From the IMG/VR virus record IMGVR_UViG_3300044796_000401: a stretch of 64,000 nucleotides of DNA; one strand, given 5' to 3'. Made by a program: the position numbers and the translations under genes. The notes beneath the pieces were generated by a model. It was not told where the DNA came from and searched no databases. It was given only the letters and a program-made list of their open reading frames with translations. The stretch is from a virus. Taxonomy: Duplodnaviria; Caudoviricetes. This document shows positions 1 to 9,622 of the stretch, piece after piece. Every line of letters begins with the position of its first letter. Positions within the stretch are counted from its first letter, which is position 1.

Positions 1-1082
1 GACGCCTTGACCTTCGGCCGACGGCGGCGGAGCTTCTCCCTCTCGTGGTGGATGTTGTCGATCAGCTTCACGAAGATGTCGTCTTCGCCCAGGGTGCGGC
101 GGTTCTCCTGGATGTACTGCTCAAGCAGCTTCGCGAGGCGGCCGATGTATTCGTAGAGCGAGGCGTTGCTCAATCGCGTTCTTTCCTTCCACAGCGGTTC
201 GAGGTGGCGGCGCGCTGGCATGTAGCCGGGGCGTCCCGTCCCCTCGTTCGGCGACTCCGTGGACTCGGACACCCACTCCCAGTAGATGTCGAACAGGGTG
301 ATGAACCACTTGGCGGACGTTTCGCTCTGGTGCTTCTTCAGCCACCCGTAGAAGCCGTCGCGGAATTCGCGGATGTCGTGCTCCGACTGGCGGATATCTC
401 TCGGGATACCGTCGTAGAGTTTCGGCTGGGTAGCATGCTCTTTGGTGTCGAGGATGTTTAACTCCTCGCCCTCATCCCCCAGCTGCCACATGCTGATCTC
501 CTTCGGCTGCCGCTCGTTGATCCAGCCACGGATCATTTTTTTGCCCCAACTGAAAGTATCAATAAGGAACTGCGTAAGTTGCTGCGCCAGTTCCTTTTCC
601 TTGTGTGGAAAACTCTCCTTGTTGCGCACGCCCTCGAATTGCTCCAGCACGCGGCGTTGTCCCAAATACGTGAATAGCATCTCATGAATGAGTTCGTCCT
701 TCTCCGACGGATCAATGTTCCCTGGGAGTTTTTGCGCTACTTGCTTCTCTAAGAAACCCGCCCAATCATAGGGCTTGCCATCGGTTCCAACCGGATAGGG
801 GAGTTGTTGCTTGGAATGTTGCTGGTTAAATTGGTCTATGTATCCGAGGATATAGAGGTTGAAGTCCTTGTTGTAGGCGAGGTGGAATCTGATCAGGCTT
901 GCGAACTGGGCAAAGGCGGGGCTTACCGGAACTACCTCGGAGACCGGTCGGCCTTGCATGTCGGCGAAGCGAACGACAGTGCCATCGGAATCGGCGACTT
1001 TGGATGCGACTCTGTAATGAACGCCGCTGATGTCGGTGACGACTTGCCCCGGCTCGTAGGAACTAAGCTTGTTGTTGGGCAT
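1..1082 (-). CDS. Hypothetical protein, partial (runs off the left edge); weak sigma-factor-like character
   Basis: Manual translation from ATG at 1082 (MPNNKLSSYEPGQVVTDISG...) stays open to position 1. It is missing from the ORF track because it has no stop in the window. The start overlaps the MTase stop. Confidence 0.7.
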   Translation of the reverse strand, partial: MPNNKLSSYEPGQVVTDISGVHYRVASKVADSDGTVVRFADMQGRPVSEVVPVSPAFAQFASLIRFHLAYNKDFNLYILGYIDQFNQQHSKQQLPYPVGTDGKPYDWAGFLEKQVAQKLPGNIDPSEKDELIHEMLFTYLGQRRVLEQFEGVRNKESFPHKEKELAQQLTQFLIDTFSWGKKMIRGWINERQPKEISMWQLGDEGEELNILDTKEHATQPKLYDGIPRDIRQSEHDIREFRDGFYGWLKKHQSETSAKWFITLFDIYWEWVSESTESPNEGTGRPGYMPARRHLEPLWKERTRLSNASLYEYIGRLAKLLEQYIQENRRTLGEDDIFVKLIDNIHHEREKLRRRRPKVKA

Positions 1083-2049
1083 ATTTGAACCGCTTTCCTT
1101 GCTCGTTGCTGAGCCAGTATTTGATTCGCTCTTCCGCGATCTTACAATATTCGGCATCCTTTTCGACACCCACAACCTCATCCCATCCCGCCAAAAGCGC
1201 CCCTATCATCTCTGATGCCACTCCCGAAAAGGGCACAAGCAAGCGGCGAGGCTTTACGCTGTTGGGCGGCAAAAGCAAAGAAGCAAGCCAGCGATTGAGT
1301 TCTATGGGCTTGATCGTGGGGTGGTCGTTATTCCCGCTAAGTCCCGCATTTTTTTCACGGATGCTTGCTTTGGCCACGTAGAAAAATCGGGATTTTTCGC
1401 CGAGCATTTCCCCGGTCTCTTCATCCAGCATCGCATTTGCGGGATAGCGACCTTCGGGTTTGATCACTTGCGGCGTGTCGCCATTGGATTTTGTCATTCC
1501 CCACTTCTGTCCCGAGCTATCCTCCGTTCTTCGGTTCCGATTTATTGTCCGTAGTTGGGACGCATCCATTTCCAAGTCGATGGCGATTCGTCCCGCATCC
1601 ACGTTCAAGGCTCCGCTGCCGAATCGCAGGGCGCAGGCATCATAGGTCAATCCCTGCCGGGGGGCGCGGAACATCAGGACAGGTTCCCAAGCTGGTTTGA
1701 GGGAGGGCGTCTTCCAGCCGTCGAATCCCTCCGCCTTGATGCTCTTGGCTTTCGGGAATCCCTGTCCGTGGAGCCACATCAGGGTGTCGATCATCTCGAA
1801 GCCCGCGTCTTCCATCCCCGCCGCCAACCGGTGCCATGTGCGGGTTCCGCCGAACATCAAGCAAAGTGCGCCGGGATACAGGTGCGGAAGCAACGCTTGT
1901 CCCCAGACTTTGTAGTCGGCGGACTTGTCCCAGTCCTTGCCCATAAAGTTCAAGTCATACGGGGGGTCGCTGAGCATGGCGTGGAACTTTCCGCCCATGT
2001 ACGACGGTGACCACGCAACAAATTTGGAGTTGACTACTTGATAGGCCAC
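1063..2049 (-). CDS. DNA adenine/N4-cytosine methyltransferase (beta-class motif order)
   Basis: Catalytic motif SDPPY near the N-terminus, HPTIKP motif, and a C-terminal SAM-binding motif variant LVPFSGVAS...VGVEKD. Confidence 0.88.
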   Translation of the reverse strand: MAYQVVNSKFVAWSPSYMGGKFHAMLSDPPYDLNFMGKDWDKSADYKVWGQALLPHLYPGALCLMFGGTRTWHRLAAGMEDAGFEMIDTLMWLHGQGFPKAKSIKAEGFDGWKTPSLKPAWEPVLMFRAPRQGLTYDACALRFGSGALNVDAGRIAIDLEMDASQLRTINRNRRTEDSSGQKWGMTKSNGDTPQVIKPEGRYPANAMLDEETGEMLGEKSRFFYVAKASIREKNAGLSGNNDHPTIKPIELNRWLASLLLPPNSVKPRRLLVPFSGVASEMIGALLAGWDEVVGVEKDAEYCKIAEERIKYWLSNEQGKRFKYAQQQA

Positions 2050-2054
2050 GCTAT

Positions 2055-2969
2055 TTACCCCGCATACTCGAATTGCCTTCCGAAAAACTTGTATCCTTTC
2101 CCGATTGAACGCGAAAGGTTTGATCCGTACCCACCGAATTTTTCAACCGCATGAAGCAGGGACGGAAACACTTCTCCAGTATCAATGCAGCGGACGGACT
2201 TGCCGGGTTTCGGGGAGATCGTCAATGCTCGTTGTACTCCGTCGCTTATGTTTTTTCGTTGCTGTTCAGAATGCTTCTTACCTAAATGATGCTTTGTATT
2301 CCGCATCTGCAATGCCCATATTTTCCGGCGTTCGGGAGTCCACCATTCCTTGTGGCTTTGGGTTTGTTTCGCACGATACACCGGGTCAGCCCAAAACTTT
2401 TTGGAATGTCCGGATTTCCACTGTTTCCAAGCTTCGGACGCTTTACGGCCTTTTCTACCCCGAAGAGCGAGGGAAATTTTGGATTTCCATGACAAAGAAA
2501 GAGGAGGTCTTTTATTTCCTAGTTTGGAAAGACGAATATTTTCTTTCCTCTCGGCACTAAAGATTGCCTTCTTTCCCAACTCGGATAACAAAGCTCTTGT
2601 TTCCGGAGAAGCTTTCTTACCAAGATGCGCGTTTCGATTTTTTAGTTTAGAAGCTTCAGAATGTTTGAATCCGTACATGCCGTCGCCGCCCTCGGTCATG
2701 TTGTATCCCTTCTTGGGATCGTTGGATTGATGCAAGGCAATGTGGAGTTTTTCCTTTTCGGAAAGCTCCTCAACAGTTTTAGCTCGGTCAATTATTTCAA
2801 TTCGGAAAGCATCTGGCCCGTATTTGCGGATGGCTCTGTGAAAATAACACGGACTTCCCATCTTGGCGGAATACTTATGATTCCGCCAACGCTGATCAAC
2901 AGTTGGATGACTCCACTTGCCGATATAGACCTTGCTGTTGACCGTATTTGTCACACGGTAAATCAGCAT
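2055..2969 (-). CDS. GIY-YIG homing endonuclease with NUMOD3 repeats and C-terminal NUMOD1-like domain
   Basis: LIYRVTNTVNSKVYIG, GYNMTEGGDG, KHSE..K repeats, KSVRCIDTGEVFPS. Confidence 0.9.
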   Translation of the reverse strand: MLIYRVTNTVNSKVYIGKWSHPTVDQRWRNHKYSAKMGSPCYFHRAIRKYGPDAFRIEIIDRAKTVEELSEKEKLHIALHQSNDPKKGYNMTEGGDGMYGFKHSEASKLKNRNAHLGKKASPETRALLSELGKKAIFSAERKENIRLSKLGNKRPPLSLSWKSKISLALRGRKGRKASEAWKQWKSGHSKKFWADPVYRAKQTQSHKEWWTPERRKIWALQMRNTKHHLGKKHSEQQRKNISDGVQRALTISPKPGKSVRCIDTGEVFPSLLHAVEKFGGYGSNLSRSIGKGYKFFGRQFEYAG

Positions 2970-3015
2970 AACTTCCTCCAGAGATTCAAGGGCTAAAGTG
3001 TTGAAACTAAGGCAC

Positions 3016-3282
3016 TTAATCTTTCAAAGGGTCGTTAGGGTCATGATCAGTTGATCCGTCTTCGGCCAGCACGGACTTGAGTACCGAAAGATACTCGCTG
3101 TGATCCGCGAAGGCTTGGGGGTCAAGCGTGCGCCCGGCCTCGCTCTCTTGCACCTTGTCGGCGATCTTGCGGCCAGCGAGGCGGGCGAACTCGACGCCGT
3201 AAAGCGAGTTCATTGCATCGTTGTCGATTTTTGCGATCTTCTTACTCATTTTCTTGGTTCTCCTAGCTAGGGATAGGCTCAA
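3016..3282 (-). CDS. Hypothetical protein (start may be the internal MSKKIAK)
   Basis: ORF track, colinear with neighbours, GC-rich codon usage. Confidence 0.6.
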   Translation of the reverse strand: MSLSLARRTKKMSKKIAKIDNDAMNSLYGVEFARLAGRKIADKVQESEAGRTLDPQAFADHSEYLSVLKSVLAEDGSTDHDPNDPLKD

Positions 3283-3335
3283 AAGCGAGCCCTACAAGGG
3301 AAAACGGTAGCTGATTTTTCTTGGGTTTGCAGGAC

Positions 3336-4913
3336 TTAGGCCCCGTAAATGGAGTATTTTCCGATCAGGGCCGCTGGCGGCACCGTCGAAGTCATGGCAT
3401 CCTTGAAGGGCGGGTCCGGGATGTGGTAGGTGGCTTGTATGACCCCCTGCAAGTCGAACGCGCTGTAGCTGAACATCAGGTACCTGTTGTTGACGGGATC
3501 GAACGAGAACGAGACGATGTCGAGCAGGTCGCCGTCCACGTAGATTTGCATGTCGCGCCGGGGATCGAACGCCCCGAGGGCGGAAGACGTATACGGCCCA
3601 GCGAGGGGCGAACAGTACAGCGCCAGCCTGCCGGGAAACGGGGCGTTGGTCCACAAGCCGGAAAGCGGCGTCACCACTTGCACCACGCTACCGCTGCTTG
3701 ACGCAAAAAGCCCTTGGGGGACGTAAATTGCCACGATGGCACGGGTTCCGGTATTCAGGCTGCTCGTGGTGTACTGGACGCTTCCCGCCGTGAGCGGCAA
3801 GCCCATGATGATGGGGACTGGGGGACTGATCCCGTCCAAGATAGCAATCGTTCCCGTAGCGGGTATGGGAGGCGAAGTCCCCGCCACACTAATCGTAAAA
3901 GTGACCGGATCGGTAAACACGGATGGGTTCGTACTGCTTGTGACCGTGGTCATGGTCGGCTGCATGTAAGTGTACCCGTTCACCAATGTGCCGAACTGCG
4001 AATCGGGATTCGCGACGACGATATTCACCGCGCCAATGGCGTGCGCCGGGGTCACGCAGGTCAACTGCGTGGGGTTCACGAACACCACGCTCGTCGCGGA
4101 CACGCCGCCGAAAGTAACCGTGCAGCCGCTTGCGAAGTCCGTGCCGAACAGGTTCGTGATCGCGGTTCCCCCGGCAATCGGGCCGCTGTTTGGCGTGCAG
4201 CCCGCGACGATCGGGGCGGGCGCAATAACGTAGTTAACTATATGCGAGAACTCCCCGGCTATGATCCATGCATTGTCAGGATTGCCGACGCCCTGAATCG
4301 TGACGACAAGGGCTGCGTTGCCCGTCGCCCCGATGCAAGCCCACAAGCTGGTTTGCCCTCCAGCGTCGTAAGTTGGGTCCCTCTCGACGACATCGGCAAG
4401 GTTGACGTAGATATTATTAGCATTGTCCGTGACCGTAATGCCGGAAAAAGGCGGATAAGTGTGGACGCCGTCCCAGCCGTTGTTGGAAGTTATGTTGACG
4501 ACAATCGTGTTTCCTGTTGTGGTCGGAGCCGGGAAAGTAACCGTGGCATCCAGCGGGATGGCCGGAAAGTTTGGATATGCAGGCTGTGCGAGGGGGGTTG
4601 CTTGGATGAGCCCCGGAGCATTGCCGTCCGTCTTGAAAAGGGCCAGGGCAAGCGCCAGAGGAAGAGACCCCGCCGAGTCCATGTTGGCTGTATAGGTGGC
4701 CGCGCCCGAAGGCACGGATTGGAATACGAAGATTCCGGCTCCCGATTGCGCTCCTATGGCTGTCCAACCGGCCACCGGAGTGTAGAATGATGCGGAGGTG
4801 CCGCCCGAAACGATGGCGAACTCCGGGTAGCCCGAAGGCGTGGCGGAAATCGCGGGATTCAGCGGGGGAACCATGACCGCCAACGTTGCGACTTTGTCCG
4901 CCGTGCTGCCCAT
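3336..4913 (-). CDS. Probable virion protein with IPT/TIG and bacterial Ig-like domains
   Basis: IPT/TIG pattern (PNSGPIAGGTAIT..GTDF..G.TVTFGG...LTCVTPAHAIGAVNIVVANPD) followed by Big_3-like TTTVTSSTNPSVF..PVTFT. TAATG overlap with the upstream stop. Confidence 0.75.
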   Translation of the reverse strand: MGSTADKVATLAVMVPPLNPAISATPSGYPEFAIVSGGTSASFYTPVAGWTAIGAQSGAGIFVFQSVPSGAATYTANMDSAGSLPLALALALFKTDGNAPGLIQATPLAQPAYPNFPAIPLDATVTFPAPTTTGNTIVVNITSNNGWDGVHTYPPFSGITVTDNANNIYVNLADVVERDPTYDAGGQTSLWACIGATGNAALVVTIQGVGNPDNAWIIAGEFSHIVNYVIAPAPIVAGCTPNSGPIAGGTAITNLFGTDFASGCTVTFGGVSATSVVFVNPTQLTCVTPAHAIGAVNIVVANPDSQFGTLVNGYTYMQPTMTTVTSSTNPSVFTDPVTFTISVAGTSPPIPATGTIAILDGISPPVPIIMGLPLTAGSVQYTTSSLNTGTRAIVAIYVPQGLFASSSGSVVQVVTPLSGLWTNAPFPGRLALYCSPLAGPYTSSALGAFDPRRDMQIYVDGDLLDIVSFSFDPVNNRYLMFSYSAFDLQGVIQATYHIPDPPFKDAMTSTVPPAALIGKYSIYGA

Positions 4914-6487
4914 TACCTAGCTCCCCCGAACAAGGATTTCTGCCCCAGCCGCAGCCTGTGGACAGGGACTTCATGGATGCCCAGCTTGCCCCAGTCCACC
5001 TTCACAAAGGTCGTCTGCGGCGCTTTCTTGTCGGGCAGGATTTCCAGCACCTTGCCCCGAGCATCGGGATTCGCGTCGAACCACACGCTGTCCCCGACCC
5101 CGATGTCTTCGAGCTTGGCGGCGAACTGAAGGCGGCGCTGGGGCGAAATGCCGAGCAGGATGTTGGCGGTGACGGTGCTTTCGTGCCCCCCGTCCCAATG
5201 CACGGTGGCATAGTTCTTCCCGACCTTCTCCACGGTGCCTTTCAACTCCATGTCCGCGAGCCAGCGGACCCTCATGCCTTTCTTGGCGTCGCGATGCTCT
5301 ATGGCGGTGCGGGCCTTGGCGAGCTTTCCCCTTTCCCGCCGCACCAAGTCCCGTATCGCCGACAGGTCCTCGTCTTCTTCCGGAGACAGGATTTCCCCGG
5401 GCTCAAGGGAGGACTTTTTCCTCGTGACCCAGTTCTTGATCTTGTTCCAGACGTTGCGCAGCTTCTCCATGTACGCGGGCGACTTCTTGCCGGGCTCTTT
5501 TATCTGCTTCCAAAGCCTGCCCAGCATGTCGGACGCGGACTCTTCCTCCTCCGGCTCCTTTTCGGTCTCGTATGGAAGCCCGGTGTGGATGTGCGGCTCG
5601 CCCTCCTCGTGCCGCCTTTTCTCCTCCTGCTTCGTCAGGTCCTCGATGTCGATCTCTTTCTCCTCGGGCTCCGTGGCTGGCTCCTTTTCCGGGGCTTCCT
5701 CCGGGACCTCGAATTCCTCCGGCTCCGGCTCCAGCGCCGGTCCTTCCCGTTCGACCACATCTTCATCGACCTTGCCCGGTGCCTTGCTTTGGTCCGTTAG
5801 CTCCTGCTCGTGCAAGAGGCGGGCCTGCTCCCCGCCCTCCAGTTCCTTGAGCAGCTTGTCCCTGACCTTCTTGTCCTTGATCTTCCGGATTTTCTCCAGT
5901 TCGTACTTCCGGCGCATCTCGTCCTGCTTCTTCCTGAGGCGCTCCGGGGTCTTGCGTTCCTCGTCCTTGTGGCGCTGGATTTCCCGCTCGCGCAATATTT
6001 TCACGATGTTGTGCTGCACGGACGGCAGGATGCGCTCGAAGACCGAGTGGACGTGCTTGCAGATCACGTAGTTCGCCCGGAGGTCGAGGCGCTCGGTCGG
6101 GGCGACGAGCTTCGGGCGCGGCGTGCCGAGCAGCCCGTCCTGCTGGTGGAGGTTCCACTGCGCCCCCCAGTACAAAAATGCCGGGCACGAACAACTGACC
6201 TGAACGTCGAGGTCCGCCGCCTTCTGGGACTCCTGCACCTTCGTCACGTCGAACTGGATGCGCACGTCGTGGCCGGCGGGGTCGCTGTCTTTCTTGTTGC
6301 ATTTCACATTGTAGTGGAGGAACAGCGCCTTGGGATTTGAGTCCAGCAGCTTTGGCGTACAGCCGGGGCGATACTTGAGACTAAACGCATTTGTACTCCG
6401 GATAATTTCGGGTAGCGTAATGGCCGTTTTTACATGTGGGTGTTTGTCCGCCAAAACCACAGGAATTGTGATGAAAAAGCCGTCCAT
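4913..6487 (-). CDS. SWIM-type zinc-finger protein with acidic linker and two C-terminal SH3/Tudor-like modules
   Basis: VSCSCPAFLYWG...VICKH motif; E-rich middle; G.RVRW...GTV.KV...TVHWDGG and GDSVWF...GKV....VKVDWG repeats. Confidence 0.7.
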   Translation of the reverse strand: MDGFFITIPVVLADKHPHVKTAITLPEIIRSTNAFSLKYRPGCTPKLLDSNPKALFLHYNVKCNKKDSDPAGHDVRIQFDVTKVQESQKAADLDVQVSCSCPAFLYWGAQWNLHQQDGLLGTPRPKLVAPTERLDLRANYVICKHVHSVFERILPSVQHNIVKILREREIQRHKDEERKTPERLRKKQDEMRRKYELEKIRKIKDKKVRDKLLKELEGGEQARLLHEQELTDQSKAPGKVDEDVVEREGPALEPEPEEFEVPEEAPEKEPATEPEEKEIDIEDLTKQEEKRRHEEGEPHIHTGLPYETEKEPEEEESASDMLGRLWKQIKEPGKKSPAYMEKLRNVWNKIKNWVTRKKSSLEPGEILSPEEDEDLSAIRDLVRRERGKLAKARTAIEHRDAKKGMRVRWLADMELKGTVEKVGKNYATVHWDGGHESTVTANILLGISPQRRLQFAAKLEDIGVGDSVWFDANPDARGKVLEILPDKKAPQTTFVKVDWGKLGIHEVPVHRLRLGQKSLFGGAR

Positions 6488-7224
6488 TAAGACACCCGTC
6501 CCAGTTGCCAGCCCTGCTCTATATAGGCATTCAAAAGACTGGTGGGCACCATCATTGTCTCAGTTTCGCGATGAATCCACCTTTTTCCGTAGCTGGGGTT
6601 GCTTTCTCCTGATAAAGCCTTGCTCAAGTTTTGACAGTGAATCTCAGAGAACTCCAGCCCTTTATGCGCCTCGCTCAACTTGTGTCGATGCTCTTCTGAA
6701 AGTACCTTGCCTTGATGTGCATATCTGATTTTTTCGCGATGTTCTGCGGAAAGTTTCTTGCCTCGTTGGGCTTCCCCTATCTTACGTCGAGTCTCTTCAC
6801 TACGTGGCTTGCCCCAATGGGGACTATTTGATCCTCGTTTCGAATCTCCGATGTGCCTGCAATGTTCCTCAGAAAGCTTTTTTCCAAGGCGAACTTCGCT
6901 CATTCTACGACGCGTTTCTTCAGTCACAAGAGACGCACCCTCACCGCCAAGCGTCATATTGTAGCCTTTTTCTGGTTCATGGGATTGGTGCGAAAGGATG
7001 AAATGAGTCTCCATTTTCGCCAATTCATCAACGTCCTTAGCGTGATAGATCACCTCTCGTGTGAACGCTTTGGGACCGTACTTACGAATGGCGCGGGCGA
7101 AATGGAATTGACCGCCTTGGTTAGCAGCGTTGCGATGCCATTTCCATCGTTTGGATAGCGAGGTCGTTGTCTTCCCGATATAGACTTTGCCGTTTATTTT
7201 GTTGGTGATCTTATAAATCAGCAC
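6487..7224 (-). CDS. GIY-YIG homing endonuclease with NUMOD3 repeats
   Basis: LIYKITNKINGKVYIGKT, GYNMTLGGEG, repeated SEETRRK/SEEHR.K.S.A motifs. Confidence 0.9.
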   Translation of the reverse strand: MLIYKITNKINGKVYIGKTTTSLSKRWKWHRNAANQGGQFHFARAIRKYGPKAFTREVIYHAKDVDELAKMETHFILSHQSHEPEKGYNMTLGGEGASLVTEETRRRMSEVRLGKKLSEEHCRHIGDSKRGSNSPHWGKPRSEETRRKIGEAQRGKKLSAEHREKIRYAHQGKVLSEEHRHKLSEAHKGLEFSEIHCQNLSKALSGESNPSYGKRWIHRETETMMVPTSLLNAYIEQGWQLGRVS

Positions 7225-7263
7225 ACCGAAGCCCCTACAATAAGGTTCGGTAGATAAATACTT

Positions 7264-7596
7264 TCAGAAGCTCCAAGGATTGGCGTTGCCTTCCCCGTAA
7301 AACACGATCTTGATTCGACTTAGGTCCCCGGCGTAGAGGCCCATCACGATGGCCCTGCGGATGACAGTCACCTTGCAGAATTTCCGGTACCCGGAAACCG
7401 TTCGGCTGCCCTTCACATTGTTGCAGCGGTTGCAGGCGGGAAGCAGATTATTATCGCGATTCTTCCCGCCGCGGGAGCGGGGAAGGGCATGGTCCACCGT
7501 GAGGTCGTCGGGATCGGGAAAATGCCCGCAGTACCAACAACGGCCGTCGCATTTGCTTGCGGTGTGAGCCCATTGGGTTTTCCGGGGAGTTCGCAT
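7264..7596 (-). CDS. HNH endonuclease
   Basis: CWYCG...TVDHALPRSRGGKNRDNNLLPACNRCN. Confidence 0.85.
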   Translation of the reverse strand: MRTPRKTQWAHTASKCDGRCWYCGHFPDPDDLTVDHALPRSRGGKNRDNNLLPACNRCNNVKGSRTVSGYRKFCKVTVIRRAIVMGLYAGDLSRIKIVFYGEGNANPWSF

Positions 7597-7598
7597 GG

Positions 7599-7841
7599 CT
7601 ATTGGCGTAGGTGGTAAACTTCGGGTTCGCCTTCAATCCGCACGATGTCCCCCGCACACAGAGCCTCTGCGCCGGGAACCTGTTCGCCGCCGGGATAAAG
7701 CAGGCGGTACGCTAGGCAACAGCACGAAATCGTGCCACGCCCGTGCTTGCCGAGGTTCATAACGGCATTGTGGGTGTCCAGCCAGCGATGGCACGTGTTG
7801 CAATGATCAACAACCCAAGGGATGCTTTTACAGGTCCGCAC
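7599..7841 (-). CDS. Small Cys-rich hypothetical protein
   Basis: ORF track; abuts both neighbours in operon-like fashion. Confidence 0.5.
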   Translation of the reverse strand: MRTCKSIPWVVDHCNTCHRWLDTHNAVMNLGKHGRGTISCCCLAYRLLYPGGEQVPGAEALCAGDIVRIEGEPEVYHLRQ

Positions 7842-8247
7842 CCTTCTCCGGTTCCTTCTCGGCTTCCGGCCGGGGCTCCGGCTCCTTGGGTGCCGCCTTG
7901 GGCGGCTTCTTGGCTTCCTTGCGGGCTTCCTTTTCGGGCACGGCGTCCTTCTGCTTGAACTCCGGCACGGGGGCTGGAGTAGCCTTCCTTGGGGCTTCGG
8001 GGGCTCTGGGAGACGCCGGAACGGCGGCGGGGCGCTGGGAGACCAGCAATTCGGAGACGAAGCCCTGCTTGAGCAGCGCGGCCATGCCGAGGGCCGTCTG
8101 GGTAATTGCTTTGACGATCTCCCCGTTCCGATACACGGTCAGCTTGTTCCCGTTCGCCGTGTCGTGGACCAGTATGTCGCCGACGCGCACGAAGAACCCG
8201 AAATTTGCGAAATTGATGGAAGATTTGACTACAAAGGATTTTTGCAC
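7828..8247 (-). CDS. Hypothetical protein with Pro/Ala/Lys/Glu-rich tail
   Basis: GTG start preceded by a purine-rich RBS and the CAGTATCTAAGTAGG motif. Confidence 0.65.
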   Translation of the reverse strand: MQKSFVVKSSINFANFGFFVRVGDILVHDTANGNKLTVYRNGEIVKAITQTALGMAALLKQGFVSELLVSQRPAAVPASPRAPEAPRKATPAPVPEFKQKDAVPEKEARKEAKKPPKAAPKEPEPRPEAEKEPEKGADL

Positions 8248-8265
8248 GCTCGGACCTTCCCCTAC

Positions 8266-9468
8266 TTAGATACTGAAATTGACCGTTTTGTCGGCTTTCT
8301 TCTTGGCGTGAAACGCTTTCAAGCTCTCGGAACGCTTGAGCTTGGTCGCTTCCGACTGTGTTTTGCCTTCAAGGGACCGGGATATTTTGTCACGGGTTGC
8401 GGCGTCCCGTTCCTTGCCGTATGTCCAATGCTGTTCCCTACGCGGGCGGGCGGCATCAAGCGCAGCCACGGCGTTGGGATTAGCGGTGTAGAATTCCTTG
8501 TGCGACTCGGACATTTTTTCCTTCGTTTCCTCGGAATGAAATTTGCCGCCCATCGGTCCCAATGTTCCATACCATGGGTTGTTTTCACCAAGGCGGGCAC
8601 CAGAATCCTTTAGTTTTTGCTTGGCTTCCTCGGACCAATTCCAATGCTTGCCTTTGGCGAGACCTTGATGTACCGGATGTTCGGGGGGTTTAGGAATACC
8701 AGTCAATTTCTTGCGGATTTTGCCTTTGGTCTTCTCGTCCCGTTCCTTGCCGTGCAGCCAGTGTTCTTCGCCGCGCGGCATATAAGAATAAGCATTGTCA
8801 CCTTTGGCTTTTTCTTCTTCGTGACGCTGCGTTGTTTTCTTCCTGATAGCTCTGCGTGACTCTTTGGTATGGAATTGCGCCCTACCTATCTGGTATCCCT
8901 GTTCAAGATAGGCGGGAACTTCCTTGGTTGGCACACGGTAAGACTCAGAACCCCTGAAGACCCATTGCCGGGGAGGGGCGGTCTGCGTCCAACCCGAATC
9001 CAAATAGCGTTGAAGCTGGTTTGCGGGAATGATGGTGCGGGAACTCTTTCCTTTGTAGACGTGCAGCCATCCGTCGATGGAATCCAGCTTCGCGCACATT
9101 CTTGCAAACGCACTAGATATTTCCCGCAGCAAAGCTTCGTCATATCCGCTTTGAGCAAGCAGATTGAAACGACTGTGACTGCACATCTTGAGGAAAGACA
9201 AATAAGCGACGGGATGTTTGGGCAGCGCCCGATACAGATAGTAGTGGGCGACAAGGTGGTCGGCGGGAGACAAAGGCTTGCAATTCCATGGATGCTTCTT
9301 TAAGGAGACGAATTCGGGAAACATGGCACGGGGCAAAATGTGATGGTGGTGGCAGCGGCCCATTGAGGGGTGTTCTCGCGGCGACAGAGCTTGTTCGATG
9401 AACGTCAAATAAACGTCCGTCCAAATCGGATCAGGGAATAGGGATAACAGTTGTTCTCGTATGTCCAT
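8266..9468 (-). CDS. HNH-like homing endonuclease with NUMOD3 repeats
   Basis: HHHHILPRAMFPEF...LSPADHLVAHY nuclease-like core; C-terminal HSEETKEKMS repeats; own sigma70-type promoter. Confidence 0.75.
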   Translation of the reverse strand: MDIREQLLSLFPDPIWTDVYLTFIEQALSPREHPSMGRCHHHHILPRAMFPEFVSLKKHPWNCKPLSPADHLVAHYYLYRALPKHPVAYLSFLKMCSHSRFNLLAQSGYDEALLREISSAFARMCAKLDSIDGWLHVYKGKSSRTIIPANQLQRYLDSGWTQTAPPRQWVFRGSESYRVPTKEVPAYLEQGYQIGRAQFHTKESRRAIRKKTTQRHEEEKAKGDNAYSYMPRGEEHWLHGKERDEKTKGKIRKKLTGIPKPPEHPVHQGLAKGKHWNWSEEAKQKLKDSGARLGENNPWYGTLGPMGGKFHSEETKEKMSESHKEFYTANPNAVAALDAARPRREQHWTYGKERDAATRDKISRSLEGKTQSEATKLKRSESLKAFHAKKKADKTVNFSI

Positions 9469-9498
9469 GGTCTATAATACCCGGCCTTTCATGAAATA

Positions 9499-9527
9499 AG
9501 TATAGACTAGAACAAAGTTTGTGTCAA
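9499..9527 (-). promoter_or_regulatory. Sigma70-type promoter of the 8266..9468 gene
   Basis: Minus strand TTGACA-17 nt-TATACT, 30 nt upstream of the ATG. Confidence 0.75.
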
Positions 9528-9554
9528 GGAGAAAGTAGCGAGGATTTATTCACG

Positions 9555-9594
9555 GGCAAAAGAAAACGGCTGACTTTTTAAGGTCAGCCGTTTT
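9555..9594 (-). terminator. Rho-independent terminator after the major capsid gene
   Basis: 12-bp inverted repeat AAAACGGCTGAC/GTCAGCCGTTTT (9563-9594) followed on the minus strand by a T-rich tract. Confidence 0.8.
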
Positions 9595-9622
9595 GAAGTT
9601 AAATCGTTGAAAACTAAGGAAC

